Shown here: in pieces, positions 47,275 to 56,002 of the stretch
Position numbering within the stretch: position 1 is the stretch's first letter
Layout of the letters: every line of letters starts with the position of its first letter
Origin: an uncultured Thermotoga sp.
GTDB taxonomy: Bacteria; Thermotogota; Thermotogae; Thermotogales; Thermotogaceae
Direction of reading: 5' to 3'
DNA: 62,568 bases
Assembly: GCA_964486555.1 (NCBI GenBank)
Contig: CAZANP010000003.1
Span: 1-62,568, forward strand
Notes under the pieces: generated by a model
The model's input: only the letters and a program-made list of their open reading frames with translations
The model's database searches: none
Told to the model about the DNA's origin: nothing
Position numbers and translations under genes: made by a program

Positions 47275-48614
47275 GAATACATTTCGTTGGAATCGGTGGA
47301 ATCGGTATGAGCTCAATTGCTTTACACGAGTTTTTAAGCGGTACAGATGTGTATGGATCCAACATCGAAGAAAACGAGAGGACGAAATATCTGAGAGAAA
47401 TGGGAATAGATATCTTCATAGGGCATTCCGAAAGGAATTGGAAGGATCCTGATTTTCTTGTGAGAACTCCTGCCGTTTCCCAATCGAACCCAGAGGTTTT
47501 CAGAGCTCTGAGGGAGAAAGTGCCTGTTCTCGAACGAATAGATTTTCTCAGAGAAATCGTTTCGGGGAAAGAGCAATTTGCAGTCACAGGAACGGATGGC
47601 AAAACTACAACAACTGCTATGCTCGCTCATGCTCTGAAGTATCTTGAAAGGAACCCAACGGTCTTTCTTGGGGGGATTCATTCCTCACTGGAACACGGAA
47701 ACTATCGAAAGGGTTCTGACGTCTTCGTTTATGAGTTGGATGAGAGTGATGGAAAGTTCTCGTCTTTCTCTCCAAACTATGCCATTATAACAAATGCCAG
47801 GGGAGATCACATAGAAAAGTACGATTGGGATCTCAGGAAATATAAAAAAGCTTTTGAGATGTTTGCCAAGAGTGTGAAGGAAGTATTGGTAACCTTCGCA
47901 GAGGATGAACTCACAGGAAAGTTAGGGATGATTTCTTTTGGTTTAAAACATGGAACTTACACTATAGAGAAAAGAGAGCAAAAGGCATGGTATCAGGAGG
48001 TGTTGATCAGAAAGAACGGTAAGAGATATGGACGGCTTGTTCTCAAAGTACCAGGTCTTCACAACGCTTTGAACGCTCTTGCCGTGTTTTCTCTACTCGA
48101 CTTTTTAGGATACGATCTGGAAGCAGTTTCCTCAGCTCTAGAAGATTTTGAAGGTGTTAAAAGAAGGTTCAACGTAACTTATGCAGATGAAGATAGAAGG
48201 ATATTCGTTATCGATGATTACGCTCATACCCCTCAGGAAGTTGAAAATCTGTTAAAGACAACCAAGGAAATTTTTAAAAGTGAGGAAATAACGGTGATCT
48301 TTCAACCTCATAGATATACCCGCCTGATGAGAGAGGATGGCAACTTTGCGCGTTCTTTGAGAGAAGCTGATCACGTGATAGTGACGGAAGTGTTTGGAGC
48401 TTATGAGAATGAAAGAAGGATCTCAGCCAAGATGATTCATGAGAGTCTTGTGGAGATAGGTAAAGATTCCTCCTTCGTGCCGAACAAAGAGGATGTCTTA
48501 AAGAAACTTGAAGTCATCCCCAGTACTGTTTACCTCTTTGTAGGTGCTGGCGACATAATAGAAGTTTCTAAGAGATTCAAGATGAAACTATCGAATCTCA
48601 AGAAGTTCAGCTGA
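47271..48614 (+). CDS. murC: UDP-N-acetylmuramate--L-alanine ligase
   Basis: 447 aa. Contains HFVGIGGIGMS, GTDGKTTTTAM and DDYAHTP motifs. Confidence 0.95.
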   Translation: MRIHFVGIGGIGMSSIALHEFLSGTDVYGSNIEENERTKYLREMGIDIFIGHSERNWKDPDFLVRTPAVSQSNPEVFRALREKVPVLERIDFLREIVSGKEQFAVTGTDGKTTTTAMLAHALKYLERNPTVFLGGIHSSLEHGNYRKGSDVFVYELDESDGKFSSFSPNYAIITNARGDHIEKYDWDLRKYKKAFEMFAKSVKEVLVTFAEDELTGKLGMISFGLKHGTYTIEKREQKAWYQEVLIRKNGKRYGRLVLKVPGLHNALNALAVFSLLDFLGYDLEAVSSALEDFEGVKRRFNVTYADEDRRIFVIDDYAHTPQEVENLLKTTKEIFKSEEITVIFQPHRYTRLMREDGNFARSLREADHVIVTEVFGAYENERRISAKMIHESLVEIGKDSSFVPNKEDVLKKLEVIPSTVYLFVGAGDIIEVSKRFKMKLSNLKKFS

Positions 48615-49067
48615 ACCGGTCTTAGGATCTAGTAAAACGACGGTCGCTTTTCCCGTAAGGTATCCACAACTTTCACCTGGATTCACGATCAACGTGTTTC
48701 CAACTTTCCTTATATCCACTTCATGAGTGTGTCCGTAGAAGACGAAGTCGTATACACCGCTTTGAGCCACAGATTCAAGAAGATACGGCTCATGAAACAT
48801 CGCTATCTTCTTCCCATCGACTTCCAATTCGTGAGGCGAGGGGTATATCTTGTTTTTAGATTTCTCTCTTAAAAGCAATCTCTCCCCGTCGTTGTTCCCA
48901 AAGACACCGAAGAATTCCACACTGTCTTTCATGAGTAAAGGTAGAGTAAAAGGTGCCACGAAATCACCACAATGGAAGATGTGAGTTATGTTTCTCTCTG
49001 ATATCAGATCCGATATCTTTTTCAACACCGGCATATTGTCGTGAGAATCACTCATTATAAGCCACAT
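48588..49067 (-). CDS. YfcE/MJ0936-family metallophosphoesterase
   Basis: 159 aa. Contains SDSHDN, HCGDF, GNNDGE and HGHTH motifs. Confidence 0.88.
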   Translation of the reverse strand: MWLIMSDSHDNMPVLKKISDLISERNITHIFHCGDFVAPFTLPLLMKDSVEFFGVFGNNDGERLLLREKSKNKIYPSPHELEVDGKKIAMFHEPYLLESVAQSGVYDFVFYGHTHEVDIRKVGNTLIVNPGESCGYLTGKATVVLLDPKTGSAELLEIR

Positions 49068-49082
49068 ACTGTGCCCCCCTTT

Positions 49083-49430
49083 TCAAAAGATGTTTTCTGG
49101 TATCCTGTAACCTTTTTCAGAGGATATCCTGTTAAATCGTTTTATTCTTTCCTCATCTGGAACGTTCATGATGCTCTTTATGAATTCTATCCTACTCAAA
49201 TACTTTCTCAGAATGTATTCACCATCGAATTTGCCTTTCAACTCTCTCGTGGATATATCGGACAGAGGTGTGTAATGAAGGAGGGAGGGTTTTTTTATCA
49301 AAAACTCAAATCCTACTACATCACCATCGAAATGTAAGAAAACGAGTCTGTTCAACCTGTCGAAACCTCCCACCATACCTTTTTCCAGGATAAAAGCTTC
49401 CCCTATCTCCCCTATCTTCAGCATTCTCAC
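49083..49430 (-). CDS. hypothetical protein
   Basis: 115 aa. 4-nt overlap with the upstream gene. No recognisable motif. Confidence 0.5.
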   Translation of the reverse strand: MRMLKIGEIGEAFILEKGMVGGFDRLNRLVFLHFDGDVVGFEFLIKKPSLLHYTPLSDISTRELKGKFDGEYILRKYLSRIEFIKSIMNVPDEERIKRFNRISSEKGYRIPENIF

Positions 49431-50101
49431 GACTTACCACCTTCCACGAAAAGTTTCATCACAGCGTAGTCTATCCATGAAGCTTCTCCCATCTGTCTAG
49501 ATATCAGGGTGAGAGCTTCCAGTGCGTTTGCAATCAATCTGTGATCTGGAAAGCTCAAAAGAAAAAATTTCAAAAGACGTATCGCTTCACTCCTGTTTCC
49601 CACAGCTTCTTCCTCTAAGGAAAGAGTGAGAAGATACTCTGGGATTTGGGGAGAATTTTGAAATCTTTTTATGAACGATCTAAGATGAATCGCTCTCTCT
49701 TGATGAGACCATCTTTCGAAGTTCTCACCTATAACATTCAAGGCTTCCCGTTCATCCTCCGGCAATTCAACCACTTCACCTGGTAAATCTATTATCGATT
49801 CTTTCCCCAATTTCCCAACATTTATCCTTACGATACTCAAAAGCCTTTTCTCCATCTGATACAGCTCCATCATAGCTTTTTCAAACCATTCATCCGAAAT
49901 GTCAACAACTTCCTCTACAGTGGAATCTTCAAGAAATTCAACGTTCACCCTCTCTCCCTTTAAATACTCCACTAGGTTTATAAAATGCTGTTCTGTCACT
50001 ATGGAGTTTCCTTTTTTAACCCTTCCCGATACCAGAAACCAGAGATTAGAAGTTTGAACCTTCTGACCTCTGTGAAAATTCATCGTATCACTTTCTTCCA
50101 T
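49427..50101 (-). CDS. hypothetical protein
   Basis: 224 aa. An alternative ATG at 50083 forms an ATGA overlap with the PBP1A stop. No recognisable catalytic motif; the C-terminal half appears helical. Confidence 0.5.
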   Translation of the reverse strand: MEESDTMNFHRGQKVQTSNLWFLVSGRVKKGNSIVTEQHFINLVEYLKGERVNVEFLEDSTVEEVVDISDEWFEKAMMELYQMEKRLLSIVRINVGKLGKESIIDLPGEVVELPEDEREALNVIGENFERWSHQERAIHLRSFIKRFQNSPQIPEYLLTLSLEEEAVGNRSEAIRLLKFFLLSFPDHRLIANALEALTLISRQMGEASWIDYAVMKLFVEGGKS

Positions 50102-52002
50102 ATCTCCGTTGAGAGAATTGGATCTATTTCGTATATCTTGGACAGGAACTCCACTTGGTATTTTTGAGGTAATTTTTTCAGAAGGAACACAAAACTGTCT
50201 TCAGACACGTCACCTTCGTAAATCAATTTCACGATCCTCTCAAAATCCAACATGTTCAGAATTCTCTCGGAGAATATAACCTTTCCATCGTTAAAAGATG
50301 TGGGAGTGATCGATACTTTTCCTTCAAACTTTCCCCATCTTTCAACTACCTCTTTCCAAACTGGAGCACAAGCTTTCCCTCCTAAAAGATCTTCCCCATC
50401 AATGGTGATTCCCATTACGAAGTTATCATCTCCTCCAATGAACCACGCATTCTTCTCCGCTGTTCCCGTTTTCCCCATGATATTCTTTCCCGGTATCTTG
50501 GCCAATCTACCCGTTCCTTCGTTCACCACTTTCAGCAGAATTGTTTTTAAGATGTTGGTGGCATCTATCGGTTCCCTTTTGTAAGTTGCCACCGATCCCA
50601 CTATGTGAGGCTTCCCCTCGTAGACAACGTTACCATTCGAATCCACGATTTTTTCGATGACAAACGGTTTCAACACGACTCCTCCAGTTATAACTGCTGA
50701 GAAAGCCTTCACAACCTCCTCAGGTGACGTTTCCAATGTACCGAGAGAAAGCGTTAGATCGTCTGGATACTTTCCAGATATTCTCAAAGAGTTCTTCAAA
50801 AAGTCTTTCACAGAATTCAGTGTCAGAATATCGAACAATATGACCGACGGAACGTTCTCAGACCAGATAAGAGCTCTTTCGAGAGTGGTGGCTCCTTTAA
50901 AACTCTTAGTAAAGTTTTCGGGAGACCAGCTTCCGATTCTTATGGGAAGATCCGGGATTATATCCTTAGGTGAATATCCCATGAGAAAAGATAAATAATA
51001 GTAAAAAGGTTTTACAGCAGATCCCAGTTGTCTACTTCCTTTACTCACACCTATACCGTGGTAACACAGAATTTCTCCTGTTTTTGGATTCATGGAAAAG
51101 AAGGCGATATCTTTTCTTTCTCCAGATACACTTTCAACGATCCTTTGAAGATTCTTATCGATCGTGGTGTACAGGGCATAACCTTTTCTCACTTCATTCA
51201 AAGAAAATCCTATCTCTCTCAATTCTCTTACGATTCTCCAGAACAATTCTTCATTGAAATGGTAATTCCTATTTTGAGAGACTTTCAGGTTTTCAACATC
51301 TTTTAAGGTCTCTTCATAGCGATTTTGCGATATTACTCCCTCGTTCAGTAACCTTTTCAAAACCGTTAACGCTTTTTCTTTTGCTTTTTCCAAGTTATCC
51401 TTCGGATTGAAATTCTCCGGAGATCTAATCATACCCACGAGAACTGCCATTTCAGCAAGTGAAAGCTCTTTTAAACTCTTGCCGAAATAGTATCTAGCAG
51501 CTGTTTCGAACCCGTAGAGACCGTTCCCCACGTATATGGAATTTATATACATCTCCAGGATCTCGTCCTTAGTCCTTTTCTTTTCAAGCCAGAATGCGAT
51601 CATCATTTCCTTAAACTTCCTGATAAGGCTTTTCTCATTGGAAAGATACAGGCTTCTTGCAAGTTGCTGTGTGATAGTACTTCCTCCTTGACTGAAGCTA
51701 AGGGTGACGAGATCGTGGATCAATGCCCTCATCAACCCGAATATATCTATACCAAAGTGCTTGTAGAAATCCTCATCTTCTGAGGTTAAGAGAGTCTCCA
51801 AAAACATTTTGGGAACTTCCGAAAGATCTATCCATAGATTCTTCGAGATGTACATCGGAGAACCATCGTTGTAGAACATCTTCACAGTTATGGGCAGCTT
51901 GGATTCCGGATCTGGGAGATCTTTAGTTATGAGAATGTAAAGAGAGTAGAACGTAAGCAACACGAGAACAAATGGTATGATGAAAAAGAAGAACTTTTTC
52001 AT
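50080..52002 (-). CDS. bifunctional class A penicillin-binding protein (GT51 transglycosylase plus transpeptidase)
   Basis: 640 aa. N-terminal TM helix. GT51 motifs EDEDFYKHFGID and RKFKEMMIAFWLEKK. Transpeptidase motifs SAVKP and KTGT. Confidence 0.9.
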   Translation of the reverse strand: MKKFFFFIIPFVLVLLTFYSLYILITKDLPDPESKLPITVKMFYNDGSPMYISKNLWIDLSEVPKMFLETLLTSEDEDFYKHFGIDIFGLMRALIHDLVTLSFSQGGSTITQQLARSLYLSNEKSLIRKFKEMMIAFWLEKKRTKDEILEMYINSIYVGNGLYGFETAARYYFGKSLKELSLAEMAVLVGMIRSPENFNPKDNLEKAKEKALTVLKRLLNEGVISQNRYEETLKDVENLKVSQNRNYHFNEELFWRIVRELREIGFSLNEVRKGYALYTTIDKNLQRIVESVSGERKDIAFFSMNPKTGEILCYHGIGVSKGSRQLGSAVKPFYYYLSFLMGYSPKDIIPDLPIRIGSWSPENFTKSFKGATTLERALIWSENVPSVILFDILTLNSVKDFLKNSLRISGKYPDDLTLSLGTLETSPEEVVKAFSAVITGGVVLKPFVIEKIVDSNGNVVYEGKPHIVGSVATYKREPIDATNILKTILLKVVNEGTGRLAKIPGKNIMGKTGTAEKNAWFIGGDDNFVMGITIDGEDLLGGKACAPVWKEVVERWGKFEGKVSITPTSFNDGKVIFSERILNMLDFERIVKLIYEGDVSEDSFVFLLKKLPQKYQVEFLSKIYEIDPILSTEIWKKVIR

Positions 52003-52433
52003 AAAACGACTCCCTCAACTTTCAACAGAAATTTCTTCCAGGCTAGCCCTTCCGAAAATCCTCCCAACCCTTCCTTTGCTATGACTCTGTGGCAAGGTAT
52101 GTAAATCGGGAGAGGATTCTTTGAAAGAGCCATCCCAACAGCTCTTGGTGATGTATTCAGTATTTCTGCGATCTCCCCATAAGTTCTGACAGCACCATAA
52201 GGTATCCCTCTGACGATTTCCCAGACCTTTTTTTGAAACTCGGAACCTTCGATTTGAACAGGAAAATCCAAAAGTTTTCTGAAGCCATTGAAGTACTCAT
52301 CAAGCTGCTTTTTAAAAGGATCGATAGATTCTACAGGTTGTATGCAGACTCCCAGGAGTATTCTCACAGCCTTTCCTCTCTCCACAAGAACACTCACAGG
52401 ACCCAATTCCGTCATCACAACCGTTGCTTTCAA
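51999..52433 (-). CDS. ogt: methylated-DNA--protein-cysteine methyltransferase
   Basis: 144 aa. Active-site motif IPCHRV preceded by TYGEIA. TTG start with GAGGTGAT SD. Confidence 0.9.
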   Translation of the reverse strand: MKATVVMTELGPVSVLVERGKAVRILLGVCIQPVESIDPFKKQLDEYFNGFRKLLDFPVQIEGSEFQKKVWEIVRGIPYGAVRTYGEIAEILNTSPRAVGMALSKNPLPIYIPCHRVIAKEGLGGFSEGLAWKKFLLKVEGVVL

Positions 52434-52584
52434 ACAATCACCTCGTTCAACAGAAATTATATATTATCGTTTCCTCGAGGAGCAACTGAAGAATCAGATC
52501 CACATCTTCTCCGTAATGATTTTAGAAGATTCTCAGTGCAAAAGTGATGAGAGAATGGTAAAATACCCCTTGGAGGTGTGTGGT

Positions 52585-53112
52585 TTGAAGGCCAAATTGG
52601 AGGAATATTTAAAGAATGTGAAAATAGTTAGAAAAACTGATTCAAGAGAATCTTGGGATCATTACTTCATGAAAGTTGCCATGCTTTTGAGAGAGAGATC
52701 AACCTGTATTCATAGAAAAGTAGGGGCTTTAATTGTTAAGAACAATAGAATCCTGGCCACAGGGTACAATCAACCGCCCTCACGTTTTCCTCATTGTGAT
52801 GAGATTGGATGTATAAGGGATGATTTGAAAATAGAATCTGGAGAGCATCAAGAGATATGTTATGCTCTCCATGCAGAACAAAACGCGTTGATGCAGGCAG
52901 CTAGATTCGGTATATCTACAGACGGAGCGACTATGTATGTGACACACAAACCCTGTTCCATTTGTGCAAGGCTGATAATAAATGCTGGTATAAAAAGAGT
53001 GGTTTATCACTACGATTACCCGGATCCACTCACCGAATTTTTGTTCACCATGACAGGTGTCGTCGTTGAAAGAATCGGTTTTGATGGAGGTGAATTGAGT
53101 GAAGGTGAATAG
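52585..53112 (+). CDS. comEB: dCMP deaminase (ComEB-type cytidine/deoxycytidylate deaminase)
   Basis: Zinc motifs HAEQNAL and PCSICARLI. The track start at 52288 runs antisense through ogt. TTG at 52585 (GGAGGTG, 6-nt spacing) or ATG at 52555 is the likely start. Confidence 0.85.
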   Translation: MKAKLEEYLKNVKIVRKTDSRESWDHYFMKVAMLLRERSTCIHRKVGALIVKNNRILATGYNQPPSRFPHCDEIGCIRDDLKIESGEHQEICYALHAEQNALMQAARFGISTDGATMYVTHKPCSICARLIINAGIKRVVYHYDYPDPLTEFLFTMTGVVVERIGFDGGELSEGE

Positions 53113-53929
53113 ATTGCTCTCATATTTAAGAATAGACAGATGGCCAACGGTGTGGTGTCCAGGATGCGGGAATGGCATCATTCTTAAAGCCTTTTTAGAG
53201 GCAGTTGATCAACTCGGTTTGAAGAGAGAGAGGGTAGCCGTTGTTTCCGGTATAGGTTGCTCTTCCAGGGCCACAGGGTACCTTGATTTCAACACCCTTC
53301 ATACCCTGCATGGAAGAGCCATCGCTTTCGCCACTGGAGTGAAGCTGGCAAGGCCCGAATTCAACGTCATAGTCATGGGTGGAGATGGAGATCTCGTATC
53401 GATAGGGGGAAACCACTTCATACACGCCTGCCGTAGAAACCTTGATATAACGGTTATAGTGTACAACAACATGATATACGGTATGACGGGGGGACAGTAT
53501 TCCCCAACGACACCCCTTGAAAAAATCGCTTCGACATCGCCTTATGGAAACATAGAAAAGCCCTTTGATGTTGTAAACCTTGCCCTCTCAGCTGGTGCTA
53601 CTTACGTTGCTCGGGCAACGGTTTTTCACTATCCCCTCCTTGTAAGGTATATAAAAGAAGGAATAGAGCATAAGGGAATGGCGGTAATAGACGTTATAAC
53701 GAATTGTCATACCTACTTTGGTAGATACAACGGTATGCCGGAACCATCTGAGATGCTCGAATATTTCAAGAACAATTCCATTCCCGTTGATAAGGCATCA
53801 AAGATGAGTGAAGAGGATTTAAAAGGGAAAATCGTAATAGGTGTTTTCAAAAAAGAGGAAAAACCTGATTACCTTGAACTTTACAGGAAACTTCTTGAAG
53901 AAGTGAAGATGGAGGAGGTAGTCGAATGA
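53099..53929 (+). CDS. korB: 2-oxoacid:ferredoxin oxidoreductase beta subunit (TPP-binding)
   Basis: 276 aa. Contains WCPGCGNG and the TPP motif GGDGDLVSIGGNHFIHACRRNLDITVIVYNNMIYGMTGGQ. Confidence 0.9.
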   Translation: MKVNRLLSYLRIDRWPTVWCPGCGNGIILKAFLEAVDQLGLKRERVAVVSGIGCSSRATGYLDFNTLHTLHGRAIAFATGVKLARPEFNVIVMGGDGDLVSIGGNHFIHACRRNLDITVIVYNNMIYGMTGGQYSPTTPLEKIASTSPYGNIEKPFDVVNLALSAGATYVARATVFHYPLLVRYIKEGIEHKGMAVIDVITNCHTYFGRYNGMPEPSEMLEYFKNNSIPVDKASKMSEEDLKGKIVIGVFKKEEKPDYLELYRKLLEEVKMEEVVE

Positions 53930-54531
53930 AAAATCCCATAGCTATCAGAATTTCTGGAATTGGAGGTCAAGGGAACATTTTAATGGGTCTAACACTGGCA
54001 AAAGCAGCCGTTTATGATGGAAAGGAGGTTGTCCAAACTCAATCTTACAGCGAGCAGGTAAGAGGTGGTATGAGCCATTGTGACGTGCTTATAGGAGATG
54101 ATCCCATAGACTATCCAAAGGCTGAGCAGTTCGATATCATGTATTTCATGCATTCCTTACCTTTCCTGGAGTATCACAAATTGTTGAAGAGTAACGGCGT
54201 TATATTCATAGACAGTACCTCTGTAAAGGAGATACCAAACGTTGTGAGGAGGATAACGAAGAAAATCCTGACACTTCCCATAACGGAACTTTCTGTTAAA
54301 AAATTTGGAACTCCAGTCGTGGCCAACATGGTCGGACTCGGCGTGATGATAAAAACGTGTGGGATAGTCTCCATGGATTCCGTGAAAAAAGCTTTGAAAG
54401 ATCTTGTCAAAAAGAGCTATATAGATACGGACATGAGGGCGGTGGAGTATGGGTATACCCTCGTTCAGAAGGAGTACAGAATCAAACAGAACTTTTACTC
54501 GTCAAAAAGGCTCACAACGAACTTCGAATGA
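53926..54531 (+). CDS. korC: 2-oxoacid:ferredoxin oxidoreductase gamma subunit
   Basis: 201 aa. The segment IRISGIGGQGNILMGLTLAKAA is typical of the POR/KOR gamma domain. Confidence 0.85.
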   Translation: MKNPIAIRISGIGGQGNILMGLTLAKAAVYDGKEVVQTQSYSEQVRGGMSHCDVLIGDDPIDYPKAEQFDIMYFMHSLPFLEYHKLLKSNGVIFIDSTSVKEIPNVVRRITKKILTLPITELSVKKFGTPVVANMVGLGVMIKTCGIVSMDSVKKALKDLVKKSYIDTDMRAVEYGYTLVQKEYRIKQNFYSSKRLTTNFE

Positions 54532-54988
54532 TCTTTTATCATCCTTCAAACACGCTATAGAGGGTATTGTGGAGGCCATTCTTTCAGAGAGAAATCTGAA
54601 GATACATTTCGTCATAGGTATATCCGTGATAATCACGGCTTTTTTCCTGCCGTTGAGTGAGATGGAAATGCTTTGGATAATCTTTGCGGTTTTCTCAGTC
54701 ATAGGAGCCGAACTGATAAACACCTTCGTTGAGGGTCTTTTGGATGTGAAAAGCGTGGAATTCAATCCCCGTGTGAAATTTGTTAAAGATGTGGCAGCCG
54801 GTGTGGTTTTATGGAACGTCCTCTTTGCTGTGGCCGTTGGTGTTGTGATATTGGGGAGAGTGTTGTTCTCTTTTAAACCACTTTCAGGTAAGATCTTCAT
54901 AATGTTCGTTTTGATCTTCTTTCCAGTTTTAGCACTCGTTCTGGGGAGGAAAAAGCATGGAAAAGATAAGAGTGATGATAGCAGATGA
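54449..54988 (+). CDS. dgkA: diacylglycerol/undecaprenol kinase family protein (prokaryotic DAGK)
   Basis: Three TM helices. DAGK_prokar-like motifs SFKHAIEGI and GAELINTFVE. The start is uncertain: ATG 54449 overlaps korC by 83 nt, and GTG 54569 would remove the conserved N-terminal helix. Confidence 0.7.
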   Translation: MGIPSFRRSTESNRTFTRQKGSQRTSNDLLSSFKHAIEGIVEAILSERNLKIHFVIGISVIITAFFLPLSEMEMLWIIFAVFSVIGAELINTFVEGLLDVKSVEFNPRVKFVKDVAAGVVLWNVLFAVAVGVVILGRVLFSFKPLSGKIFIMFVLIFFPVLALVLGRKKHGKDKSDDSR

Positions 54989-55988
54989 TTCAGCTTTCAT
55001 GAGAATGGTTCTCAAAGATATCATCGATTCTCAACCGGATATGAAAGTTGTAGCTATAGCTAAAGACGGGTTGGAGGCAGTTGAATTTGCTGTCAAATAT
55101 GAACCGGACGTTATAACTCTGGACGTGGAAATGCCCAAGTTAAACGGAATAGAAGCCTTAAAACTCATTATGAAGAAGAAGCCAGCGAGAATCATAATGG
55201 TGAGTAGTCTCACGGAAGAAGGAGCCGATATCACGCTCACAGCCCTCCAACTTGGAGCCGTTGATTTCTTGGCGAAACCCAGTGGTTCCGTCTCAATGAC
55301 CTTCAGGGAGGTTGGAAACGTCTTAGTGGAAAAGATAAGGAACGCCGTTAAAGTCGATCTCAGCAAGCTTCTTTTAAAGCGACGCCCTATCAAAGTGAGT
55401 CTTAAGAGACCAAGTGTCACGGAAAAAATCGTCGTTATAGGATCTTCAACTGGAGGTCCGAGATCTCTGGATATGATAATTCCCAACCTTCCCGCTGATT
55501 TTCCTTACCCCATCGTTATAGTTCAACACATGCCACCTGGTTTTACCAAATCTCTTGCCATGAGATTGGATAAAGCATCAGAACTCACGGTTAAAGAAGC
55601 AGAAGAAGGGGATGTTCTGAGGAAAGGTGTCGTCTACGTTGCACCGGGAGATCACCATCTTGGGGCGAAATACGAAAATGGTAGCGTGAAATTGTTTTTG
55701 GATAACAAGACTGGTAAAATTAACAACGTAAGACCCTCTGTGGATTACACTCTGGACAAGATAGCGGAGATATATAAGAACAGAACGATAGCCGTCATAT
55801 TGACAGGTATGGGACGGGATGGTACAAAAGGTGCATTTAAGGTTAAATTCTATGGGGGGACGGTCATAGCAGAGGCTGAAGAAACGTGTGTCGTATTTGG
55901 AATGCCAAAATCCGTGATAGATGAAGGGTACGCTGACTACATCCTCCCAGCCTACAAGATCCCTGAAAAACTTGTGGAACTCGTTTAA
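54957..55988 (+). CDS. cheB: protein-glutamate methylesterase/glutaminase CheB (REC plus methylesterase)
   Basis: 343 aa. REC motifs (IADDSAFMR, ITLDVEMP). Methylesterase motifs GSSTGGP, VQHMPPGF and GMGRDG. Confidence 0.93.
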   Translation: MEKIRVMIADDSAFMRMVLKDIIDSQPDMKVVAIAKDGLEAVEFAVKYEPDVITLDVEMPKLNGIEALKLIMKKKPARIIMVSSLTEEGADITLTALQLGAVDFLAKPSGSVSMTFREVGNVLVEKIRNAVKVDLSKLLLKRRPIKVSLKRPSVTEKIVVIGSSTGGPRSLDMIIPNLPADFPYPIVIVQHMPPGFTKSLAMRLDKASELTVKEAEEGDVLRKGVVYVAPGDHHLGAKYENGSVKLFLDNKTGKINNVRPSVDYTLDKIAEIYKNRTIAVILTGMGRDGTKGAFKVKFYGGTVIAEAEETCVVFGMPKSVIDEGYADYILPAYKIPEKLVELV

Positions 55989-56002
55989 GGAGGGATCGAT
56001 AT

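Noticed and set aside
48605-48616. The perfect 12-nt palindrome GTTCAGCTGAAC spanning the murC stop codon, considered as a bidirectional terminator.
   Set aside because: There is no loop and no flanking U/A tracts. It lies inside the overlapping coding ends of two genes. It is probably coincidental and contains a PvuII-type CAGCTG core.
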